Numbered from the stretch's first letter, positions 14,012 to 28,173 are shown. The stretch is 64,000 nucleotides of DNA from Lingula anatina (GCA_051362555.1 CM120647.1:13740651-13804650), one strand, 5' to 3'. The notes: generated from the letters alone by a model not told the origin. Made by a program: numbers and translations.

Positions 14012-14698
14012 ATGACTACTTTTGCCATTTTTGCGTTAGTTGCGTTGGGTCTGGCAGCTCTAATGCAGGAAGCTGAATCTATCTGCTGCCGTGAGAAACT
14101 GAATGGGTATTGCGCAGACTGCACGAAAGTGGGTCTACTAGTACCGGGGTATTTCCTAGGGAAATGCATTGAGAACACATTTACAACACATGATTGGTAT
14201 CAGGCAAACTTAGCATTACAGGAGAAAAATGATACCGTGCAGAAGTTATAAATGTAGAACAAAGCTAGAAGTCCATTTTTATATTGTTTATTGTAATTCG
14301 ATAAGCAAATGGTCGACAGGAAATCTATCGGGGTATTTCCTAGGGAAATGCACTGAGAACACATTTACGACACATGTTTGCTATTAGGCGATCTTAACAT
14401 TACAGGAGAAAAATGATACTGTGCATTTAAGTTATAAATGTTTATATTGTTTATTGTAATTCGATATGCAAATGGTCGTCAGGAAATCATTCTGTACATA
14501 TGTGGGTTTGTATGAGTGTGCAGTGTCGGTGCACGTGTGTAGGAGGGGGAAAGAGAGAGGGGGAGATAGTTATTAATTCCCTATATACATTTCAGAAAAC
14601 CCCTTACTGTTCATATGAGAAATGTAACTTATTTGGCTGCGCATGTAAAGGTTCGTGTAGACGGGACTGCGGCTCGCACATAGAGTACGTGAGAAAAA

Positions 14699-14734
<36 letters not shown>

Positions 14735-17700
14735 CCATTCAGAATTAGCGACTTACTAGTCCAAGTGTCAAATATGACGTTACACCACAAGCTTGCCGCC
14801 TACACCACTAAAGGGGACTGCTCAAATAGATGGTCCGGGTACTAAATGATCAGCCAGAGAGGAAATTTTTAACCGTTTAATGGCGCGTGTTTAGGCGAAC
14901 AGACCATCGGGAATCAGCGGCATCGCGTTTGCAATGTGGTCGGCCATATTAAGATTGTCAGTGCATCAGTAAGTATTCGGATAATCTATTGTGAATGGCC
15001 CCATAGACAATAAATAGATATCCCGTGGGAAAGTACAGTATTCAAGTGCGTCGGCCATATTTGACCCAGATGGTACATAGGCTCTCTCTATCTCGGAGTC
15101 AAATCCGTTTAATGGCGCTTGTGCATGTAAAGACGGGGGAGCATCTGGGCTTGCTTTTAAGTGGGGTCGGCCATATTTTGTCGGCAAAGCCGTTAGAGCG
15201 CATTCAGAACATATTATCTGCGGGCTTACTGATCCGCGGACTACATACGGTCAGTCCCATTAAAAACAAATACCCCATTAAAAATTGTGGAGACGAGATT
15301 TAATAAGCTTGTTCTGAATGCGCTCTTGGTCTGTGGATGATCTGCTTCAAAGTTTACCTGCGCGTGACGTCGTACCCAAAGACTCGAGGAGCCTGCACCA
15401 CAGGCATTCAAAAATTTTGTAGTTATTAAGTGCGTGTCCATGATAGGACCAGTCAGAGGGTGGCAAGGTGGGGGTCAACAGATTTCAACCAAATTCATAA
15501 TATTGTTGCATATATAGGAGATATTAAGATTGAAGGCAACAATCCCAAAAGAAATCATTGGATATAATTATAATATGATATTTTATGTTTTGGCCATTTT
15601 TGGCTTGATTTTCAGCTTCGGTCAATAAAGCCACTTCATAAGCAAATATGTCAAAACTGATGACTTTTTAAAATTAATTGAAAATTTACCTATTTAAACC
15701 AGCCATTTGCCATTGAGAATATGTTACTAAATTTCAATTTAACCCACAAACTAACGAGCCACGCCCATTTTTATGACCCCACCCCCCAAACTCACTTTTC
15801 TACCAAGCAATGTTCAAGCATTCATATCTCTCTTTTTGCAGGCTTGACAGCCATAAAATTTTATAGGGATCCTAAGCATATATTGGTCTAATCATACAAA
15901 ATTCAAAAAGTGTGTTAAACACAACAGAAGATATTGAAAAAGTGCCTCAAACTTTAGCAATTTTAGCAGAAAACCAAACGGCCGAAATCAAGATATCAGT
16001 ACATTTTGAGATAATACCTTCCAATAATCAAATTTAATCAAAGACTCACAGCCAGGAATTCAAACTATGCTTTGATAAGGGCAAATCTATCCAATTTTTA
16101 TAAATACAAAATGGCTGCCATCAAATCTGCCCCAAAATACAGTTACCCTAATTCCTCAAAATAATCAAGAGGCCCATTTTTGCAGGTTTTTTATTTTGAG
16201 ATCTGTAATACAGGATTGCTCAAATAATATTCTTTTCAAACAGAGCCATACAACTTCTGAATAAATTTAAATTACTAGTGACAAGTTATTCACCCCCCCC
16301 CCCCCCATTTAATAAGTTATTACTGTGCATATCCAGTATCATCAGCATTGTGTATATACCTTATTTTCAGGGAGCAATAGAGAAAAAAAATTGCAAATGA
16401 TTTTTCTTAAGGTAAAAGGGAATGACTTTCTCATTTTATCAGTTTTCTCAAGTGCAACACTAATTAATCCACTTGAAATGATTTATATTGCATTTTTCAA
16501 CCAATTTTTTCCTTTCAAATGATTCATAGGCTTTGTAAATACATGTGATATCTTGATATCTATATTCTTTTTCTATAAAGAAAATTAAAACAGAGTCAGC
16601 AACATACAATGACAGGAGGAGTACTTTATTTTCATATTATCAATTGGACAGTAAAAGAACAAAGCAGTTACTTTTTACAGGAGTGAAATCAAGTTATGAA
16701 TCTCCAAGGTTCCAATATCACGGTCATCTTTTCCATATACTGAACACAACAGTGATGGGTAGTGTTCCACAGATTTTAATCTTATAACTGATTGGTCCCC
16801 AAGTTTCTTCTTCTGGTTGAGAGATCCAGGGTCTCCTACAATAAATGATAATTCAGCAATCTTAGAATAAGTGTGGTAACTTGAAGCAACATGCCACTAT
16901 AGTTTAGTGTGACTGAACTGTCAATTGTCAATATTTGCCAATTCAATGGCGCCAATTATCCTCCTTTCCTACAAAACTGATTGAGATTACCAAGCCTAAG
17001 ATGCACATTTGTTATGGGGGATTGACCCAAGGTGGCTCTAAGTCCAATAGAGGTTTGCCAGGATATCCACTACTGCGTCTACCTGAAGATGGCAGGACAG
17101 GCTGTCAAAAGAAAATGTATTTAACATATTTTAAACTCATGTTAATTGCTGTATAAGAACAATTACTAAATAATATTCTGATCAAACATATTGCATAAGT
17201 GTAAAAAAGGAAATCAAATATGCATGATTGTAGCTACCAGAATTTCATGATAGAAAAAGAAACAAATGAAAAAAAGGTAAACCTTTTTTCTTCTCCGTGG
17301 AATTGTTCCAGGCATTATAAAGTTGGTGGTCACATCTGAATCTGATGAATTTGCCTGTGCAATTTCAGGTGACTTTTCTATTATTGTCTGTAAGATTGTC
17401 CAGGTCAAGGTTCACATACAGGCCTAGGATGTAAAATCTGAAAAATAAACATAACATCAATAAATGCTTTACAACAACAGAGGCTTACTGTGTTCAGAAT
17501 AGAAACTATCGAGCAGGATCAATCTATCTCAGCGGAGTATCACACTCGGGCTCAGTCGTTGTAATCAGCTTAATTGTCTGGCATGCCCCCTTGCAAAGCA
17601 ACATGAACAACATAATGGACTGCAAAGTTTTCCTGATTTTACTAAAGTACCTTTAGTTACAAGTGCCCTGTGTAATATGTAAGTCTTGAAAATTGAAGCA

Positions 17701-19447
17701 CAGGCAGTTAACTTCAACTTCATTGTAAACACACATAAATCTGCATAGTGAATACAAAACTAAAATATAAAAAACTGGCACAAGTAACATCCCCTAAAAT
17801 GCCAAAACTTGAAACTGAATGTGTGTTACATACCTTTGATTCTGGGTAAGAAATTTCTTATGAAGCTGTCTTCAAGCTCAGTATAGTCTTTAACTGTTTG
17901 TCTTATGATAACACATGTAACAAAGCCCTAGAATTTAATGCAAAAATATACTTCATAAGTTAGCTACACAGTTAATTCTTTTCAGCATACATGTTTACCA
18001 TGAAACAGAAATCAAGTAAAACTCTGTGAATTGAAATATACCAATATGTCTTTTAAATTTGCTTATATTCTTTATATTACTGAATGATATTCAAACTTAT
18101 TATTTAAACTGGTTTGAGTTTTTAGTGTATCTGATTCTAGTATATGTATGCCACCACTGATCACTTACCTTACAACAAACATCCAGAGGTAAATCGATGA
18201 GATGGATATATTGAGGAACCCAAGCCTGACAACAGTCTGAAGTGGTTCAACCAAAAATGCACATTCTAAGGACGACCAGCTGCTATGGTCATTTCTTGTT
18301 ATATTCTGGTGCACACCAATCCTTCTGAGATGTATCTAAGCATCTCTAGTGCATGTTCTTCATAAATTTAATAAAGTATTATGTTTTAACACTGTGAAGA
18401 CGATGTGCTTTGCTCCACAGTTGCTCCGGTGATAATCCTAGTACCCGCTATGTTGAAAATAGGTCACAGAGTTAGCATCGTTATTTTACATTTAGTTTCT
18501 ACAACATAAACAAATTTTAAAAAATGTATTTTCGCTTCATAAGGTCGTCTGCAGGGCAAACATAATTATTTTAAGGGCTTTTCACAAACCTATACATGGT
18601 TTTGACTTATTAATTTAGTTGAAGAAACAGTTTAGCATTTAAGTAGTATAAAAATATTCGTTTTTAGGCCCTTTTTAAAATTGTTATAGTTCTTATTTTA
18701 CAAGGTTTAACACAGATTTTATTTTACAAAATTTATTTTTCAACCCTTTTCTATCAGCACATACCAAAATTATATGGATACAACCTGCAAAAAAGAAGTT
18801 GTGTGCATTTAAAGAAGGGGAGGGGGTCAAGCATACGGAAAACATGCCTTATTAGAATCAACCTTGTGTGGTCATGACAGTGCCTTTTCAAAAAATCTGT
18901 ACTGGGTATTAAAGATCTTTCCTTAACCTATCATGTGGCTTACCTAAATAAATCCTTATGATGTACATGATTTTTTAAAAGAATATTTAAAATTATAACT
19001 TTTCAAGAGCTAAAAAATGCTATATTTTGGCAAAATTGCCAATAAAAGATCTGCCCCCATATCTCTAAAACTAATGATCCAAAATAAGAAAGCCAGTGGC
19101 TCACAATATCTTTTATGTTGATGATTTACCACACCAAAAATTATTAAAATCTGCTGACCCCCACCTTGCCGCCTTCTGACTGATCTGTCTGGCTTTCTCA
19201 TGGACGCGCTCTTAAAGTTTAAAAGGGTAACATATTGTTAACTTTGCTGCTAGTGTGAACTGCGCATTAGGTGCATGTTTTACATATCATCTGGCCAATT
19301 TGAAAAGCAGTTGCGTACGCGCAAACCATCTATATCCAAGAACGCTCAGGGTGGACGTATTATTTCTTAGAGCTCTCCCTATCAATCATACCATCCACAA
19401 GATATTCACGAGTATTTCAGGCTTTCCTGTTCACATTCCTTTTTTGC

Positions 19448-19498
<51 letters not shown>

Positions 19499-20042
19499 TA
19501 CAAATTGAAAAATAATGACAAAGTGATCATTCCCACAGATATTTGGATCGATCTATCTCTCTGGGGAGTCTCACTTAATTGCTGTCAACTTGACCGGCTA
19601 AATTGTCTGTCACGTCTAATAAAGATGTAAGGGGGTAATTGTCTTTACCCCCTAGCTTATTCGGTAGGCTTGGCAGATATTTAAGCCGGTTATTTGATAG
19701 CAATTTAGTGAGACTATCCAGGGAGTTAGAGTAGATCGATCCAAATGGTTCGATCTAGGCATGGGATCCCAGTCAAAGAATCGATATTAATAATAAGGTC
19801 ATCGCTGAGCTGGTATATGCTAGATATCTGAAAAGTAATATGTTCACAAGAATTCAAGAAGATGTTTACATTATTTGTTCAGAGCAAGAAAAATAAGTGG
19901 GTGGCTCTTGACGGCAAAATATGAAGTTACCTGTACTTGCACGCACGGGAAAAGGGTCGCCGAGGATGCCGTGTTTGACGACAAAGACGCCAACGATGAC
20001 GGCAAGATTGAGCGACAGGAATTCGATCCTGATCTGCAGTAG
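14012..20042 (+). CDS. Mytimycin-like secreted 12-Cys peptide precursor with C-terminal EF-hand, copy C (intact, 121 aa)
   Basis: Coding exons 14012-14128, 14596-14684 and 19883-20042, with GT-AG introns of phase 0 and 2. Spliced translation: MTTFAIFALVALGLAALMQEAES-ICCREKLNGYCADCTKKTPYCSYEKCNLFGCACKGSCRRDCGSHIEARKISGWLLTAKYEVTCTCTH-GKR-VAEDAVFDDKDANDDGKIERQEFDPDLQ*. The CC..CxDCT..TPYC..CNxFGCxC..C..C..CxC pattern plus EF loop DANDDGKIERQE matches the mytimycin architecture. Confidence 0.85.
14147..14485 (+). repeat. ~184-bp tandem duplication in copy C intron
   Basis: GGGTATTTCCTAGGGAAATGCA..GAGAACACATTTA occurs at 14147 and 14331, but is single-copy in A and D. Confidence 0.75.
15430..19211. 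mobile_element. 3.8-kb TTAA-TSD DNA transposon (Kolobok-like), decayed, in intron of copy C
   Basis: TTAA at 15426-15429 and 19212-19215. Imperfect ~55-bp TIRs (G[T/A]GCG[T/C]GTCCATGA...GGCAAGGTGGGGGTCA[A/G]CAGATTT). Paralogs A and D show the empty site. Spliced-looking coding remnants lie on the - strand (e.g. ~16679-16836). The superfamily is inferred only from TTAA plus non-CCC termini. Confidence 0.75.
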
Positions 20043-20225
20043 CTCTGATATACGAGGATGAAAAGCGCAGCACTTTTTCCATCCTTTACTGACATTTGGA
20101 AAATCATTGGGAATCGATCTTTCTCAAGAAATTAACTTTCGAAATTCTTTTTTGTTAATTAGGAATTGAAATTATGTAAAACAATATTGCTGTTTATATG
20201 AAATTCAGATAGCATCGCAACAGGT

Positions 20226-20777
20226 TGTTAAGTCCCAGACTTCGTCAGTCAGACTTTACGTTAAAATAATGTCACGTTAGATAACGCGCTGGTTCTTGGG
20301 CCTTAGTGTTGTGCGCCCAGCTGATCCAATAAAATGAACAAGATTCTCATTTGACGCAAGTGGAAATTTAATACTGTTTTTTGGAAAATATACAGAGGTT
20401 TCTTCTACATATTAACTGTCAGTCCAAAATGTATAAGGATATCGCCAGAGCCAAAATACGATATGATATTACCTTAAAACAGGGCAGCCTTTATAGATCA
20501 TTCAGGAATTTTAATAACCAGGAAGAAATAACACTTGACTGAGCGCAGTCCTTTTGTCTCAGGCTTTGCCCCAACTCAGTCACCGTGATTCCTGGATCAT
20601 CATTATCCGCCCTAGCCTTCAAAGGCATTTCTAAATTTTATCTCGTGCCATGTGCCCCGGTCACGATCATTCCCGAATGTCTATTGACTGCCCCCTTCTA
20701 AGCTTATCTTAGGATATGAATATTATTTTAATTAATTATTTATATCAATCATAAAATACCCAAAGTGGTATTTTACA
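20226..20777. mobile_element. Solo LTR (552 bp)
   Basis: TGT...ACA termini and a 4-bp TSD AGGT (20222-20225, 20778-20781). The empty site is in the copy B flank at ~8462. Confidence 0.8.
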
Positions 20778-21108
20778 AGGTGTTGTTGTGTTTCATTTAC
20801 TTATTATTATTATTATTATTTACTGGGTTTTGACACACAATCTTACATGTATTTCTAGCTATTTTGATCGAAAAACGATATGGGCACGTCTGCGACCTCC
20901 ATCTCCGCCAGGCTCCACCTCCCTTATCACACAGTATCTAAACGTGGTCCTTTTCCATCGGCTGTATGTCCTCTTCAAAAAACAGCAAACTATCCTCTCT
21001 TGCTTTTTATAATATCTCTCAATTTTATCACATCATATGCATATGCCCAATCGATAGTATATAAGTGAATAGACATTTTATAGCATTAAGATGGGTGAGA
21101 TAAAAAAT

Positions 21109-21139
<31 letters not shown>

Positions 21140-22251
21140 CTCGATTCCACGACACAGCATTCTAAAATAAGCACCAATTTTCAAGCGGCGGAATGTTACA
21201 CAAAATCAATGCATGAGTTAAACCAAGCAGTTGTAGAATAGAAGTCCTTGGTTAAGCAAAGAAACCAAACAGTTAAAGCATATTAATGGCCTGTTGGGTA
21301 TTATAGTTACCCGTGAAAGCCACTGTTTTATTTTCCGAAATACGTGAAACGTTCACAGCGTGATCATTGAAGACCCCCATTCCCCTGCCCTGACTTGTAA
21401 ATGCGGCCTTTATTTTTCGTCCTTATTCAAACGAAGGCATTGTTGTTTTAGTCGGAGATTCGTTTCTTTCAACTCGCCACACTTGCACTTTCAATGAGAT
21501 ACGAATTAAGTTTTTATTGCCGGGAATTTGAACTGTAAACACCCCCCCCCAAAAAAAAATAAATAAATAAATAAATAAATAAAAATAATAAAAATAAAAA
21601 TAATAATAATAATAAATAAATGAAAATGATAATAATTGAGACCTCCTTAACTGGTACCAAGTACGGTCAATTTAAGCTGGAAGTGACACACAAGATTGAG
21701 CCAAAAAAACTAACCTTTTGAACAAAGTGGTCTATCAGGAATTCTGCATGCACTACACAGTATCTGAAATATAAATATTATGTCTGAGTGGTTGCTCACA
21801 TAACTTGCACACGAATGGTATTAAATTATATGAAAAGTGAAAATAAAAAAAATGATTTAGCAAAATACTTAATATAATAGGTAATATCAAGCAGTGTCAG
21901 ATTTAGGGTGTGTCAGGGGGTTCCTAACCATCCCCCTTCAATTTCTGAAAAAATCACACTAGTGGTCCCTCTTAAAATTATAATTTACGCTAGCTGAACC
22001 ATTGTTCTAAACCGTACCGTTTGATAACCTTCGCACATACTAGCATCTATGAAGGAAGACAAATACAAATTGTCTCCAAGAGACACATAAAGCGGCTGCT
22101 GGTCTGCATGATGAGATTGACGATAGTTTTAATCAGAATCGAAAGACGACATGGATCTTTTTTTTTAGTAATAAGTTTTCAAATGAAAGTGTATAAACTT
22201 TTCAAGACTACCGGTATGAGACCATATGTCTACTGGTGGAGAGAGAGATTA

Positions 22252-25200
22252 TAGTCCCTTACCTACACTGGTCTATCGTTTCATTGTGTGAAAAGCTCCA
22301 GTGGCCAGACAATTTTCAGGGTGCCATGAAGATAAACAGTTAAAAAATATCCACAATAAATTCGGCAACCGTAGGATGCGCCAACATATAGATAATTGCG
22401 ATAGTATTTATGCCAAAACATCAAAATGAATAGCCCTGCCGTTCCAATCGGTAATCATCGACTGTCGAGTGCGGAGACATCCGAGTAGTTCCAAGTGCTG
22501 CCGTTCTACCCTTTAAACCAATCAAAGCAACGGAAAGGGGTCACGTGATCACTTGACCTACATCTGATCGATGTAAACAATGAATTTCCATGCGAAGCTT
22601 GCACATTTAATAGATGATTCCCATGCGTTGTTTCAATAAAAAAAATACGTCCTAGGTTTTTAAAATCGATGTCAATATCGAGAGAAAGATTTAAATAGTT
22701 GGAAAATACGTGTATTTTAGGTGTATTTATATAATTGGCTAAATGATGACGTGAATTCACGGCAAAAAGGTATGTAGTATAGCCCGTAGACTGTGCACTG
22801 TACCACTTCTACAATCGCACACAGGTCACACTATTACCCAGTATAGTGATCATATAATCACTTGCATGTATGTTCAGTAATGTTACATTGAATGCATTTT
22901 AAATTTTCAGTTGTGTTAAAGCGCATATAATCACTTAAAATTATTTGACTCAATATTTTACACTGATAAATAGTATAAATCCTTGTGTAGAGTTACAAAC
23001 TACATGTACTGTAGGTATCATGCGGACTGTCTGTTTATGAAGCTGGCAAGTGCTCAAAAAATTATTTCAAAAATATATAAGTGCTTCACTAGGTAGAATA
23101 ATTGAGTTTTTTATGTTCAAGTTTATCTTTAAATTGCAGAGGTACAATTTTTAAAGAAGTTTAATTGTTGCAATTAATTGCAGCATTGTCTAGTAATAAC
23201 AGCAAATTAAAAGAAATAACAGCTCACATTTAACAAGGCTTTTATGATATATATAATATATTTTTCCAACTTAATTATTTCAACTGTGAAATTATAACTT
23301 TCTACATTACTTGTGCATATCTGAAAAAGATTAATAAAATGCCATTCGAACAGGTACACTTAAAGTTTTGCAAATGGATTTTAGGTCTAAGAAAGCAGGC
23401 TAGCAATACCATTTTTAGAGCTAAGCTTGGCAGTTACCCTATTATTTCAACTATAACTAAACCTGTCTAAAGATTAGTCTTAGACTGGAACAACTACTAG
23501 TAGATAATAGAACTGTAAATCAGGTGCACAGTCTTGAGCAAGATACAAAGGGAAACACATGGACAGAATCTATCCGAAGATAACAACCCACCAAAGAAAT
23601 TATATCAAATAGAAAACCTTTTAGAAATATTGAACATAAAAATCGAAAAACACTTCTGGCAGGAATTAAATAGCTCAATCTCAAACAAATTAAGGACATA
23701 CAAAACAATAAAAAAATGTTATGAATGTGAAAATTACATCAAAATGAGTGTCTCCCCATTAAATATCAAAACACTTGCAAAAATTAGACTAAGTGACCAC
23801 AACTTTTTTTTTTTTTACAAATAATGCAGATAGCTGGCAGCACTGGTGACTTTGAAATACCAAGCCCTGAGACTGATCTCAATTTCTTGGGAGATGGACC
23901 TTGTATTTTGGAAAGTACAACTGGTTGATGGTTCTGTAAAAGAAGCAAAATAACATTTTACTTTTCATACCATATATATTAGTGCATTATAATGTGCAGA
24001 TACTGACTACTACAGAAACAGCTTTAACGTTGGATAAATATCCAAGTGGGTGTAACAAAGATATGTAAAAATAGTAATGTGCTCAAAATTCAGTTATAAA
24101 AACAGTTGCCCTGTATAAATAAAAAGACAACATAGAATACATATTTCAAATAAAAACATCTGGATACCTGGATACACAAATGATTTAGCAAATACAGAGC
24201 AGACCGCAAATCCTTGATTGTTGCAAGTGCAATTGTATATACAATCACTATGATTTAACTATAAAATAAATAAATAATAATGAAATAAGATAAGACAGTC
24301 GCATGTGAGTTTATCACATGATTGACACCAAGTGATATTAACAACTATAATTACATATATCCTCATGATTCAAAGGGCATAGGGTAGGTATAGGATTCAA
24401 TGTATTAGTGGCTCAGCATGTTCCTTTTATGAGGAACTAAGCTGTAACAAACTATAGGCAAATGAGACCCACTGTTTAATATTTGTTGCAACTAAGACAA
24501 ATAAATCAAGTTTAAGATCTAATAATTAATAGGGAGCCCACTAGCATTCTGCTGCCCAGATTAATATCAGATGCCTTGAATAAAAGTGACTCTTCTCTTT
24601 AAACTGAACTACATCTACCAGTCACCCTACTCATTATAATTATTCCTTAATTGATACTGTTTGTCAACGTATTTCTTTATTGATACTATTTATGTATACC
24701 TTTACTGATTTTATTCATAAGGGAAAGTTACAAGGATTATTCCTAACAGTCCTAATTAAATTAATCACATTGCAGCTTGTTCTGTGAAAAGCTATCCTAC
24801 TTTTTCTGGCTCACAAGATACAGTAAATATTCCCTAAAATACATCCTCATTGAAGTTGGGCTTAGCCTATACATATTTATATTCACTAATGGTTGCACAT
24901 GTGCAGCAATGTAACTGGGGGGAGGAACACTCCACAAATAACATAAAAGATTCTACCATGATACTTAAGCCTCTGTCTCATAAAATCCCACCATAACATT
25001 TGTTTGTATATCTTGTTGTGTGAAGCCTTACATTATTTTGTGTAAATGCAATGCTAATATGGATGAACTAATAATGAGATGTTAATCATGGCAAGAACAT
25101 ACAGCTAGCTTAGGCTGTATTCCCAGAGCTTTTAGATTGATCTGTCCCCGCGGGGAGTCTCACTAGATTACTGTCAGATAATCCGGCTTAAATGTCCGTC

Positions 25201-26193
25201 CCGCCTACTACAAGCTGTAAGGGGGTATTTAACTTTCGTGTCCGCCCCACTGACAGCTGTTTAGCTTGAACCCCTAAAGTAGATATATCTAATCTCTGGA
25301 AATGGGGTCTTATTCAACAGAGAATGAGTTGTTTCATATCTTAAAACCTCTAAGTATTTACAAATAAAATAATAATAACACTAATAAACTTTCTTATCAT
25401 TTTCTTTTTTTTTTCTTTCTTTCATATCACTTTTATCAGTCACATATTGTTATGTAACATCAGCCACGTACAATGTAAACATCACACGATCAGGGCTGAT
25501 TTAAAAACAAATTACAATATGTTGACATACCTTCTTCAGCAGGACTGCCTTGTTTCTCAGCTTTCTCATACTTCTTTGCCGCCTGAGATAGCCCCTTCTT
25601 GTTAGTTAGCTTTCTGTAGCAAGAAAAGTGACATCGTGGTTTGGCTTCCAAATCGTCGAATCCTTTATCTAAATCCGTACTGTACGGATCCACTGAACAG
25701 CAGCGGCTTCTCTGCTGCCAAATTTCCGCCATTGTTTCGCTGAGACTCTAAAATTTTCCCAGCGAACACGTGTGATGGTATCTAGAGTCTCTTAATTAGC
25801 TACCTTCTTCTATGTGCATGCAACACGAAAGATGAGAATTAGGCGAAGATTTCGCGTGTCCCTCCTCAGACTCTTCATTACAGCCGACCATGCTGCTTTG
25901 TTTACATGGCATGGCCTGGTGGGAAGGTGAAGTGACCCCCTTTCCGTTGCTTTGATTGGTTAATCTGATCTGAATCTGATTAAAAGGCTCGAACGGCGGG
26001 GCTATTCATTTTGATGTTTCGGCATAAATACTACCGCAATTATCTTTATGTTGCCGCACCTCTCGGTTGCCGAATTTATTGTGGATATTCTTTTACTGTT
26101 TATCTTAATGCACCGTGAAAATTGTTTGGCCACATCACATATTGAAGGAAAGAGCTTTTCTAAACGCTTTTATGCATATCAGGTGGGGGACTA
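22252..26193 (-). mobile_element. Academ-like DNA transposon, internally deleted (3.9 kb)
   Basis: Termini TAGTCCC..ACCT / AGGT..GGGACTA, imperfect TIRs of ~270-300 bp and a 3-bp TSD TTA. Empty site at ~10014. The ORF remnant 25732-25490 carries a CHFSCYRKLT (H-x2-CY) motif. Confidence 0.8.
23340..23805 (+). mobile_element. Non-LTR retrotransposon fragment nested in the Academ-like element
   Basis: LKFCKWILGLRKQASN...KLGSYPI and NKLRTYKTIK...LAKIRLSDHN motifs, with frameshifts. Confidence 0.7.
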
Positions 26194-27073
26194 TTATCTT
26201 TATTGCACTGGTTTCATTTAATACAAGTACAATGTAGTCCTATGATCTAAGAAAACGAATTAAGTTGTATAAGCGGTTCATCGTAACTTTTTTTCAATTT
26301 AGCGTGAACCCCCAGGGAGTTAGGTCGATCTAGATGGCTGATGGATCGATCTAAATCTATGGAAATGCACTCTAAGAACCCATTCTTACAGATTTTAGAT
26401 CGATCTATCCCTGTTGGGAGTCTCACTAGATTACTGCCTGCTAACCGGCTTAAATGGCTGCCCCGGGGTAATTAACTTCCGTGCGCGGTCGGCTAACAGC
26501 AATTTAACGTGAACACCCAGGGAGTTTGGTCGATCTAGTTGGATCGATCTAAATATCTGGGAATGCGCTCTTAGACTAGTAAACTGAGCGAAAAAATTGG
26601 CCTAACCCAGGACTAATTGCAAAAATTGTAATGACGTTTTTAAGAAAGCTAAATATCCAAATTTTAACATATTAAAAATCTAGAAAAATCTAAGTAGTGG
26701 TTCCTAAGGCAGTTTTTTTCAAGATGGCCGCCAATATATTATGTCACTGTAGGTAAAGGGTGGTCTTTATAATTGGGTTTTATAATACCTAATTTTTTAA
26801 ACAGTTTGTTTTTCAGTAGGGACTTATCGCCAAAAAAGTGTAATGAGGTATTTTAGAAAGCTTAATATACAGATTTAAACATATTAAAAATCTTGAAAAA
26901 GCTAAGTGATAGAAAAAGGTTTTCAAGGCAGCTTTTTCCAAGATGGCCACCATTATATTGTGTCACTGCAAGTAAATGGTGCCGTCCAATTTAGGTAGTA
27001 TTTTGCTAAAATAAATGAAGGTAAAACCTTAAAATATACACAAAGTTAAAGAAATGAAATAAAGTTAAATTAA

Positions 27074-27449
27074 AGATGCATACAAAGTCAATTTTTTGTC
27101 ACAAAAACCGACCAAATGCCAGGATATAGTTTCAAGTAGTATAACTAAGAGAATTACCAAAAGGCATTATTTAATTTTACCCTAAAATGATGTTTGAAAG
27201 GATTTTTCTGCCAGCATTCTATGCTGTATGTCAATGGGGCAGAAAAGTAGGTCACGAAAGTAGGTTAAATTTCCGACCAAAAATTTAAAGAAAGGAGCAG
27301 TCTAAAGCTATTTATGGCTGATCGAGTGATCTATTCAGTTTATCCCTTGGCATGTCGAATTTATGTGAGTCGTATAAGAAAATAGTAGAAGTGGTTTACA
27401 TGTGTTACTGGGAATCCACGCTCCACTGATGCTCGGTTCGTATGTACCT
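27074..27449. mobile_element. TTAA-flanked MITE (Kolobok-like ends)
   Basis: TTAA|AGATGCATAC...GTATGTACCT|TTAA; absent from the paralogous flank at ~11670. Confidence 0.65.
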
Positions 27450-28173
27450 TTAAAAGGACATATCCACTGAAATAAATCTTATATAATATGAATTATTCAC
27501 CAAGGTTCACTGGTTTAAGTCAAAGGTCAGGCAGCTTAGGCGGACTGGGATGTTGCACAATTAGACAAGCAATCGTATAATCAGCCAGGCCAAATGTACT
27601 GCTGTTCTATCCAAATAAGTTTGAGTGAACAAATGCATAAACATTTTGGAAACAGAAAACCAGTTTCGTTGCTCTAACCCATTCCCAGTTGGCTCTACAA
27701 GGCCAAATTAAAAGTTAGTAACTCGGCCAACTAGCCCCGGTCTCCCCTATTGTTCTACGTAGATCAAACTGGGCGTGAACTCTCCTGAATGCAATCAGAT
27801 AAACAGAGTAACACGTCTCCTGATGCTGCCAACACCCATATAATCAGCAGCTTTCTGTGTATTCTACTATCTAAGGGAATGAGCCCTAAGCCTTTTTGAA
27901 ACTATGACAGATGGCTTTGCAATATTGGTATTGGAGCGTTCCACTAGCTATCCATCCCAAATAGATGCAATGTTGTCTATGATCACAACATAAGAGACGC
28001 AATAGATCAGAATACCGTCTAAGGGCTTAAGTTCAATATAACAGCTAAAAAATAAAATAACCGAAATGATGTTTTTTTTTAATGGTACAACAGCTTTTGA
28101 ATCGGTCGATATAATTTGGAGATCTTGCTAAGTCGCATTTCAGACTTTATACTTGAATATCATTCCTTTGCAG

